The notes under the pieces are model-generated. The model did no database searches. It saw nothing but the letters and a program-made list of their open reading frames with translations, and was not told the DNA's origin. The translations under genes and the position numbers were made by a program. DNA of 63,711 bases, filler included, from Octopus bimaculoides (taxonomy: Eukaryota): NCBI RefSeq assembly GCF_001194135.2. It is 6 parts of 6 records of this genome, joined end to end, with 100 filler letters (N's around TTAATTAATTAA, not from the genome) between each part and the next. Parts side by side here need not be neighbours in the genome. Positions count along the whole stretch, not along the records: positions 44,702 to 59,163 come from NC_068987.1; positions 59,264 to 61,488 come from NW_026383553.1; positions 61,589 to 63,711 come from NW_026324287.1; 3 more parts are not named here. One strand, given 5' to 3'. Below are positions 54,118-63,711 of this stretch, in pieces (position 1 is the stretch's first letter; each line of letters begins with the position of its first letter).

Positions 54118-54530
54118 AATCCTTCACAAGTAAGGAACTCTTTTTTACTGTCAGTAATGTAGGATCCGAGGTATTTGAAGTGATTGACCTGCTTGAGTTG
54201 TGTGGCTTCGTTGGAACAGATTGGCAAGTGGCTTTCATCTTCATTGATGACTATATAGTCAGTCTTGATTGCATTGAAAGACTTACCGACTTTGTCTGCA
54301 GCATTCTCAAAGTCTCTCAAGGGATGTTAACATGTATTTCGCACCATAAAATTGATGATCTGTGAGGGTAAGATCATTAACATGGACAAAACCTGAGAGA
54401 ATACCGATCGCTTCTGCTCGATGATGAGACCTTTTCATCAAAGCTTTGCCTAAAGCTGCAGTCCATTTCATTCATAAAGAGAAAAGCAATTACAGTGTCT
54501 CACTGAAAGATTCTTACCTCAGGGAATTAT
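54118..54530 (-). mobile_element. RTE-like RT fragment
   Basis: ENAADKVGKSFNAIKTDYI...LKQVNHFKYLGSYI. Confidence 0.7.
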
Positions 54531-55171
54531 TTAGCTGATCAGTCCGTGCTTCGTATAAAGTGTGATGGGTTTTCGTACATGATGATGATTTTGATAATTT
54601 CATCTAAAATACCTAGTTCAACGGCATATATTTTTGTATATACCAATGATATTGGTATAAATGCAAATTTATAATCAAGGTAGGAGTAGCTGGTTTCGAA
54701 GCGGTTCTCCATTAAGATTTTCCATCTCGTTGATTTTAGAAGCGATGTTCACATATACAGAACAGCTAACTTTTATGACTGCAATATGACTTTTTTGTTT
54801 AAATTTATCCCAAAGCAGTCTTTTCTATGGATGGTATTCTATATTGTTTTTATCAACACTATCATGTCGCATTGGAAAGTAGTGCCTGGATGACATTTTT
54901 TGAGCAGGTATTGATTACACGCTACACCCTCTACAGAAGAGTGACAAATGCATCTTGAGAGTTTTAAGGATTCGCTCTCCTGCTTGTTTATAAGATAGTT
55001 CGTAGCATATGTATATATGTATGTATGTACGACATGAGTATATGAGTATGTACGTATGCACATATTCATGAATGCATGTATATATGCATTATTTATGTAC
55101 GCATATGTATGTATGTATGTAAGTAAGTATGTATGTATGTATGTATGTTTGCACGAATGTATATATGTATG

Positions 55172-55204
<33 letters not shown>

Positions 55205-55669
55205 TTGCACGAATGTGTGATGTTCGTACGTACATAAACGTATGAGGGTTAGTTGGAAAGTAATGCAATTTTTATCTGCATTGCTTTCTGACTCACTCTC
55301 GTATATATGTATGTATGTATGTATGTATGTGTGACTCACATGCTTGTGTGAGTGCGACGGATTTCCGCACACTTTCCGACTACAAAGCTCCACTCATAAG
55401 GTCAACACGTAGGTACGGTAGAAGAGAGGTACTTAAAATGCCGCGCATGTTTCATTTGACTCCGGCCATGCTGGAGAACAGCTTTAAAGGGTTTTAGGCG
55501 AAAAAAATCGATCCAAGGACTTATGCTTTGGTAAGTCTAGTACTTATTCTATCAGTCTCTTTTGCCGACCCGCTAAACACATCAACATTGGTTGTCAAGC
55601 GATGATGGGCGGACAGACGCAAACACAAAGGCACATAAGCGTAAATCTATTTACACATACATACATACA

Positions 55670-55700
<31 letters not shown>

Positions 55701-56309
55701 ATGTATATATATATATATANNNNNNNNNNNNNNNNNNNNNNNNNNNNNNNNNNNNNNNNNNNNNNNNNNNNNNNNNNNNNNNNNNNNNNNNNNNNNNNNN
55801 NNNNNNNNNNNNNNNNNNNNNNNNNNNNNNNNNNNNNNNNNNNNNNNNNNNNNNNNNNNNNNNNNNNNNNNNNNNNNNNNNNNNNNNNNNNNNNNNNNNN
55901 NNNNNNNNNNNNNNNNNNNNNNNNNNNNNNNNNNNNNNNNNNNNNNNNNNNNNNNNNNNNNNNNNNNNNNNNNNNNNNNNNNNNNNNNNNNNNNNNNNNN
56001 NNNNNNNNNNNNNNNNNNNNNNNNNNNNNNNNNNNNNNNNNNNNNNNNNNNNNNNNNNNNNNNNNNNNNNNNNNNNNNNNNNNNNNNNNNNNNNNNNNNN
56101 NNNNNNNNNNNNNNNNNNNNNNNNNNNNNNNNNNNNNNNNNNNNNNNNNNNNNNNNNNNNNNNNNNNNNNNNNNNNNNNNNNNNNNNNNNNNNNNNNNNN
56201 NNNNNNNNNNNNNNNNNNNNNNNNNNNNNNNNNNNNCGAAGTTCAGAAATAGCAGCTAAAAATGCTGAAGCTCCAACAGATAGCAGTTACCCGCAACTCA
56301 CATAAGCAA

Positions 56310-56790
56310 AACATATATATGGATAAATTTACGAAAAAAACAACAGACGAAGACAGGTGGTGTAAACAACAAATAGATGTATTAGTTTAATGCTCGGGAA
56401 TAGAGAAAGTCTTTGACGTTTCGAGCCTACGCTCTTCAACTGAAAGGAACACAGAAAGAAACAAGGAGAGAAACAAGGAGAAAAAAATATATAAATGTAG
56501 TGGTCAGCGATCTATCATGGCGAATGCCGGACGGAAGGATCACACAGGAGAGCTAAGAAAAAGGGGAGATAACAAAAAAGTGGTGAAACCAAGGCGAGAA
56601 GCTGCGTGTGTGTGAGGGAATGCTGGTGATCTTAACGTATGCATGTGTGTATGTAGGTGTGAAGGTGTGAAAATGTGGGGAAGGGAGTTGGTCAGTGCTA
56701 GTGTGTGCGTGGTGGTGTGTTGTGAAGTGATGTGTTGTGTGATATGGTGTAGCGTGGTGTGATGTGAGGGTGTTGGGAGGTGGGGGAGGC
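56310..56790 (-). mobile_element. Penelope-like 3'/terminal-repeat region with a degenerate hammerhead-like motif
   Basis: Minus strand TTGAAGAGCGTAGGCTCGAAACGTC at 56415-56440; a related motif lies at 32587-32610 (+); a PLE RT fragment is nearby at 57958-58165 on the same strand. Confidence 0.5.
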
Positions 56791-57014
56791 GATATATATA
56801 TATATATGTATATATATAGTCGTCAGAATTTTGGAAAAAAATCCTTATTTCTTCATTATTATTAACGCTTACGTTCCTCTCTAGAACTTGTCAAATACAA
56901 TTTTGTGAGTGTACAAACAGCTTGTTCATTTATATAAAACGGGTGTTTTTTTTNNNNNNNNNNTTCCAAGACAATGGAGATGGATAGATATAAATATAGG
57001 TAGGTAGATAGGCT

Positions 57015-57051
<37 letters not shown>

Positions 57052-57463
57052 GTAGAGGGTAAGAGAGAGAGAGAGAGAAAGGATATCCACCTTCCTATTC
57101 ACCGTTTATTTATTATTTTTTTCTTTTACCATTGTATTGGAATAAGTTTAAGGATGGTGACCACTTCAAAATAAAAAAAAAACAACAGGTGTGGTTTGGT
57201 CATCACGGAAAGTCTTTTTGTTTTCTTTCATCCCTCTTCTTTTTCCCCCTTTCCTCTCTTCTTTCCCTTTTCCTTCCTTTTTCCTCCTTTCTTTCTTTTT
57301 CTCCTTTTTGAGGGAATTTTTTGATAAAGTGTAGTTCTGCATGAAAATACATTAGTATAAAATTTGCAAATTAACAATTTGAAATATCAATCAGTAAATA
57401 AAATAAAACGAATACACACACATATATATACATATATAGGAAAGTGGGTTATACATCATTAGA

Positions 57464-57784
57464 TGTACACCTGCTTTCCTATATTAAATTAGAATGAACG
57501 GAACGCAGAACTCCAAACTAACAACTCAACAATATTTATTCATGGTGGAAAATATACAGCTTTACTCTTGGTTGTTGAGACGCCTTCGGTGTGTGAGAAC
57601 ATGGTTGTTGGGACGTTGGTATGTTGATGTGAGCTGCCTAGCGTGAGTTCGAAAGATGGAGAGTCAGCTAGACACGTCCTTGCTCAATCGCTGGCCAGCA
57701 AGAAAGAGAGAGAATGAAGCGGGAAAGCTTGGATGTTGAATTCCACGCATGCGTGAGACTACGCATGCGCACGGCGTTACTACA
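57464..57784 (-). repeat. Solo-LTR-like sequence related to the 50944-51375 LTR
   Basis: Shares the terminal ggcgt(c/t)actaca, cgcatgcg motifs, agacacgtc and atatttattc in the same order. No clear TSD. Confidence 0.5.
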
Positions 57785-57957
57785 CATATATATATATACA
57801 CACACACGCACACATACATACATATATATATACGTGAAGCTAGAGCATCCCAATGCTACACAAAGATATGTTTGAACATTTGTAGAGATGAGCCACGTTT
57901 GGAATAAAGAATTCAGATTCTGAAACTTTACCTTCAAACATTCAATTTTAGGGAGGG

Positions 57958-58165
57958 TTTGCATATGAGGACGCAAACCGCGTACCCATAGTGGTGCCCT
58001 CCCACTGTCGATATGTTTTATTGTCGAATCTAAATGTATTTTTCTCTAGTACTAGGCGTATGGCCTTGGTGAGGAAGTCAGTCTTGAAGCATTCATTTAT
58101 CCGCTCTCTATACCTGTTTTGTTTAGAAGAGAACATTGTTTTTGTTTTCTTTCTTGAGGTTCCAA
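57958..58165 (-). mobile_element. Penelope-like RT fragment
   Basis: FLTKAIRLVLEKNTFRFDNKTYRQWEGTTMGTRFASSYAN. Confidence 0.8.
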
Positions 58166-58238
58166 GACAATGGAGATGGATAGATAGAAATATAGGTAGA
58201 TAGATAGATAGATAGATAGTCACATGGATGGGCTGTAT

Positions 58239-58755
58239 AGGCGCAAGAGTGGCTGTGTGATAAGAAAGTTGCTTCCCAACCGCATGGTTCCGGGTTCAGT
58301 TACACTTGGGTAAGTGTCTTCTTCTATAGCCTCGGGCCGGCCAAAGCCATTATTCTTTGTAAGCCTATCGTTCTCTTTCGCTGAACCGGTTAGTTATGGG
58401 GACGTAAACACTACAAGATCGGTTGTCAAGCGATAGTAAGGGACAAACACAGACACAAACACACAAATACATAATACATACATACATACATGCATACATG
58501 CATACATACATACACACACATATATATAGAGAGATAGGTAGATAGATAGATAGATACATACATACATATATACATACATATAGATATATATCGCAGGAGT
58601 GGTTGAGTGGTAAGAAGCTTGCTTACCAGCCACATGACTCCGGGTTCAGTCCCACTGCGTGGCACCTTGGGCAAGTGTCTTCTACTATAGCCTCGGGCCG
58701 ATTAAAGCCTTGTGAGCGGATTTGATAGACGGAAACTGACAGAAACCGGTCGTAT
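58239..58755 (+). mobile_element. Two SINE family A heads (58239-58351, 58592-58755) with an inverted tail fragment between them
   Basis: Direct similarity to the 46709 copy. Confidence 0.8.
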
Positions 58756-58853
58756 ATATTTATATATACAATGCACATGCACGACATTAAAAATATAAGA
58801 TGGTGACAATTTACCTATCGCACCCTGTATATATGTATATATAATAATAAATA

Positions 58854-59100
58854 AATGCGCCCTTTTAAAGCCTAGCCAGGCTCATGGGCCCGGTTTCCCG
58901 GTTTCAATGGCATATGTGTTCCCCAGCTGGACGGGACGCCAGTCCATTGCAGCGTTACTCATTTTTGCCAGCTAAGTGAATTGGAGCAACGTGAAAAGAA
59001 GTGTTTTGCTCAGGAACGCATCGCGTCGCCCGATCCAGGAATCGAAACCACAATCTTACGATCGTGATGCTGACACCTTAACCACTAAGTCACGCACCTC

Positions 59101-59103
<3 letters not shown>
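58854..59103 (-). mobile_element. tRNA-derived CORE SINE (further family)
   Basis: Head tgtggaggtgcgtgacttagtggttaagg...ggtttcgattcctgg; CORE-like cagctaagtgaattggagcaacgtgaaaagaagtgttttgctc. Confidence 0.8.
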
Positions 59104-59143
<40 letters not shown>

Positions 59144-59389
59144 CATCATCATCATCATCGTTTNNNNNNNNNNNNNNNNNNNNNNNNNNNNNNNNNNNNN
59201 NNNNNNNTTAATTAATTAANNNNNNNNNNNNNNNNNNNNNNNNNNNNNNNNNNNNNNNNNNNNTGTAAACATGTGCATATAGTTATACATATACATGTAT
59301 ATATATATGCATTTTATGCATTATACATTTTTATGTATGTATACATATATGTTGTTGTATAGATAATAGATACACGCATTTACATGCAT

Positions 59390-59430
<41 letters not shown>

Positions 59431-59536
59431 TTGTGTATAAATACGTATATGCATATATATATATATATATATACACTTATACACGCATATTTTATTATAT
59501 ATATATATATGTATACATATATACATATATATAAAT

Positions 59537-59591
<55 letters not shown>

Positions 59592-59989
59592 TAGAATAAT
59601 AAAGAAAATCAAATATATCTGTGTGAGACATATAAATGCATATAAAGTTACATGTGCGTTTGTGTTATGTGTGTATGTGTGTATGTATATATGTTTATAT
59701 ACATATATATATATGCATGTTATATATATGTATATATATGTGTGTGTGTGTATATATATCTACGTATATACGCAATGTGTAAACTTGTGTGTGTGTATCT
59801 GTGCGAGAAAGTTATTACTTTCGTAAAAGTAAATGAATTTATTTGAGTGTATATTACATATGAATATAATAGATTGATATCCACAATCTCATGCGCGCAC
59901 ACATATGGACAGGTGTATATTTATGTATTTAAAGAAAAGAAGATAGATAGGTATTTGGTGCGCTACTTCACAAGTATGTTTATACATAC

Positions 59990-60029
<40 letters not shown>

Positions 60030-60687
60030 NNNNNNNNNNNNNNNNNNNNNNNNNNNNNNNNNNNNNNNNNNNNNNNNNNNNNNNNNNNNNNNNNNNNNNN
60101 NNNNNNNNNNNNNNNNNNNNNNNNNNNNNNNNNNNNNNNNNNNNNNNNNNNNNNNNNNNNNNNNNNNNNNNNNNNNNNNNNNNNNNNNNNNNNNNNNNNN
60201 NNNNNNNNNNNNNNNNNNNNNNNNNNNNNNNNNNNNNNNNNNNNNNNNNNNNNNNNNNNNNNNNNNNNNNNNNNNNNNNNNNNNNNNNNNNNNNNNNNNN
60301 NNNNNNNNNNNNNNNNNNNNNNNNNNNNNNNNNNNNNNNNNNNNNNNNNNNNNNNNNNNNNNNNNNNNNNNNNNNNNNNNNNNNNNNNNNNNNNNNNNNN
60401 NNNNNNNNNNNNNNNNNNNNNNNNNNNNNNNNNNNNNNNNNNNNNNNNNNNNNNNNNNNNNNNNNNNNNNNNNNNNNNNNNNNNNNNNNNNNNNNNNNNN
60501 NNNNNNNNNNNNNNNNNNNNNNNNNNNNNNNNNNNNNNNNNNNNNNNNNNNNNNNNNNNNNNNNNNNNNNNNNNNNNNNNNNNNNNNNNNNNNNNNNNNN
60601 NNNNNNNNNNNNNNNNNNNNNNNNNNNNNNNNNNNNNNNNNNNNNNNNNNNNNNNNNNNNNNNNNNNNNNNNNNNNNNNNNNNNNNN

Positions 60688-60718
<31 letters not shown>

Positions 60719-60803
60719 GCACAGACATACATATTTATGTATTTCTCAAGAAACCTATCAGTATTTACGTATAATGATACATACATGCATACATACAGGT
60801 ATT

Positions 60804-60838
<35 letters not shown>

Positions 60839-61588
60839 TGTGCATGTATAAATATTTCCGAAACTCAGTTTAAAGGAATATATTATAGGTATGTATATAT
60901 ATATATATATGTATGCATGTGCGTACATATATGTGTGTGTGTGTATGCACATATGTGTATATGTTTGCATGTATGTATAGATGTGTGTGTGTGTACATAT
61001 ATATATAATACACATACATACATATATATATGGGGTGAGAGAGAGAGAGAGAGAGAGAAAGAAAGAATTAGATAAAGAGATAGACAGTGTAGGCAGGTAA
61101 AAAGATAAATAGACAAATAAATTCCCGCATATTTATGTATATATATCTATGTATGAATCATTAATAACATGAAGTACCACAAACGGACACATGCACGTTG
61201 AGTAGACTTGCTAGAAATAGCAGCTAAGTTAATTAAAATTGCACCATGCCCATTATCACGTTCTCCATAAAAAATGGAGTATGACTCTTTAGATGGCGTT
61301 ATCATAAACTCAGCATGATAGCCAGGAATGGAATGATTTCGAACTTTGACAATTTTGGTATCTACAGAACCATTGCAGAAACCACTTACATGCGTGTATA
61401 TAGATACGCACACATCTATGTGTGCGTGTGTTCGTGTCTGGGCGCATTCAAGGATTTCTCTCAACCTATATGCTTATATAGTTATATANNNNNNNNNNNN
61501 NNNNNNNNNNNNNNNNNNNNNNNNNNNNNNNNTTAATTAATTAANNNNNNNNNNNNNNNNNNNNNNNNNNNNNNNNNNNNNNNNNNNN

Positions 61589-61755
61589 TGTGGTGAAAGA
61601 GTACAGCAGGGTTCGCCACCATCCCCTGCCGGAGCCTCGTGGAACTTTAGGTGTTTTCGCCCAATAAACACTCACAACGCTCGGTCTGGGAATCGAAACC
61701 GCGAATCTATGACCGCGAGTCCGCTGCCCTAACCACTGGGCCATTGCGCCTCCTC
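61589..61755 (-). mobile_element. SINE family B head (partial, runs into a gap)
   Basis: Near-identical to 36580-36744. Confidence 0.85.
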
Positions 61756-61765
61756 ATACACACAC

Positions 61766-61796
<31 letters not shown>

Positions 61797-62046
61797 TGTA
61801 TGTATGTATGTATGTATGTCCCATTGAACTTCGCATTCTTTTGGCTTTCGAATGATGCCACCGTGCTGGCCCGGGGAGCAGGTCTACGTCTGCCCTGATC
61901 GGAAAGTTAGTCCCTGGTAGGGGTAACACATTTACAGCCGAGTGGCCTGGTGCAGCGCGAAATGTATTGTCTTTCTCAAGTACATAACGCACCGCCCAGT
62001 CCGGCCTGATATATCAAAAGTAAGTTACAAGCCAAAGGGGATACAG

Positions 62047-62060
62047 ATAATGATGATGGG

Positions 62061-62107
<47 letters not shown>

Positions 62108-62473
62108 GTGATATGGAAATTGAGAAGAAGGACAAGGAAGATGAGGAGGAGGTGGAGAAGGATTGTGATGCGGATGGATGAAGTGCTGGTGATGTAGTTG
62201 ATGATGATGATGATGATGGTGGTGGTGATAGTGGTGTTCTTGGTACTCAAGACGACGACGACGACGACGGAGACGACGGAGACGACGGAGACGACGAGGT
62301 TGGCCATGACAACGACGACGACGACGATGAAGACCATGAAGACGACGACGGTGGCAGAAGGTGGTGGTGGTTGTGATAGTAGTGGTATTAATGATTGTGA
62401 TGTTGATGATGATGCTGATGATGAAGCCGGTAATGACGATGGTGATGGTGGTGGTGGTGGCGAGGTTGATGAC

Positions 62474-62511
<38 letters not shown>

Positions 62512-62852
62512 GGATGATGACGACGACGATGATGATGATGACGATGTTGATGAAGATGATGATGATGAAGATGATGATGACGATGACGATGAGGATGACG
62601 ATGAGGATGACGATGAGGATGTTGATGTTGATGGTGATGATGATGATGTTTATTATTATGAGTGTGCTGCTGNNNNNNNNNNNNNNNNNNNNNNNNNNNN
62701 NNNNNNNNNNNNNNNNNNNNNNNNNNNNNNNNNNNNNNNNNNNNNNNNNNNNNNNNNNNNNNNNTGATGATGATGATGATGTTGATGAAGATGATGATGA
62801 TGATGATGATGACGATGACGATGACGACGATGATGATGATGATGTTGATGAA

Positions 62853-62893
<41 letters not shown>

Positions 62894-63285
62894 CGATGAC
62901 GATGACGACGATGATGATGATGATATTGATGAAGATGATGATGACGATGACGATGAGGATGACGATGAGGATGACGATGAGGATGTTGATGTTGATGGTG
63001 ATGATGATGATGTTTATTATTATGAGTGTGCTGCTGCTGATGATAATGATGCTGCTGATGACAGTGGTGTATGTGCTGGTGGCGACGTTGTTGGAGATGA
63101 TACTGATGATGATGATGATGACGATGATGACGATGATGACGATGATGACGATGATGACGATGATGATGATGATGATGAGGATGATGATGATGATGATCAC
63201 GATGAAGCTGATAATATGGTGGTGTTGACTTGGTGGTGGTGGCGTTGTTGTTGATGATGACGATGATGACGATGATGTTGATGAT
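62047..63285. repeat. Large imperfect (GAT/GAC/GGT)n trinucleotide array
   Basis: Directly visible. All three plus-strand frames give homopolymer-like peptides. A block around 62530-62672 is repeated at about 62930-63035. Confidence 0.9.
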
Positions 63286-63661
63286 GCTGTATTTTAAAAC
63301 AGCTTTTTATAAAGAGAACCAGGCTAGACTCAATTAGACCGGCAACAACCGGAAGTCGCGTATTTTTTCTTTCTATAATTTTTTTTTCTGTCATTTGAAA
63401 TCATATTTATTTTTTTTGTTTTTCTTTCTGTTCTCGCCGCCATCTTTTTCTTCTCTTCTTCCACCCTTTATTCGTTCATGCCATCTTTCTTCTTACCCTC
63501 TTACCTTCTCTCTTTCCTTCCATCCGTCGTTCGTTCCTTCTTTTTCTCTTTGTTTCTTTCCTTCCTTCTTTCTCTCTATGTTTTCTTTCTTTCTTCCTTC
63601 TTCCTTCCTTCCTTCCTTCCTTCCTTTGCATCTTTCTTTTGTTCCTTCTTTCTCACTGTGT

Positions 63662-63711
<50 letters not shown>

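Noticed and set aside
51274-61075. ORFs of 200-380 aa
   Set aside because: They consist of N runs (X) plus (TA)n, (CA)n or (TG)n translations.
62198-63254. Long Asp-rich, Met-rich and His/Ile-rich ORFs suggesting an acidic biomineralisation or metal-binding protein
   Set aside because: They are frames of an imperfect (GAT)n array with gaps and a probable assembly duplication. All frames are similarly open and there are no credible splice sites or non-repetitive domain.

Overview
AT-rich, microsatellite-dense eukaryotic genomic DNA with many N gaps. The SINE/LINE families and simple-repeat load look like a cephalopod, probably Octopus (inferred from pattern recognition, not a database search). 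Most of the window is interspersed repeats: several tRNA-derived SINE families, RTE, CR1/L2-type, R4/Dong-type and Tx1-like LINE fragments, Penelope-like elements, a 3'-truncated CsRn1-type Gypsy LTR element (5' LTR, tRNA-Trp PBS, CHCC gag, intact G GGA AAC -1 frameshift site, PR-RT-RNaseH), a Chapaev3-like remnant, Tc1, hAT and Merlin-like MITEs and a 91-bp mini-Helitron. Nearly all ORFs in the supplied track are microsatellite or N-gap artefacts. The best host-gene candidate is a small three-coding-exon plus-strand gene (2161-2204, 5389-5626, 7373-7480) encoding a 129-aa basic, Tyr-rich protein with an N-terminal coiled-coil pattern and no domain I recognise. Weaker splice-signal evidence suggests a second small single-pass membrane-protein gene (14.5-18.6 kb) and a microexon-rich spliced unit (25.6-31.3 kb). 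Several 10-N duplications and TTAATTAATTAA spacers are assembly artefacts. No rRNA, true tRNA or CRISPR features were found.
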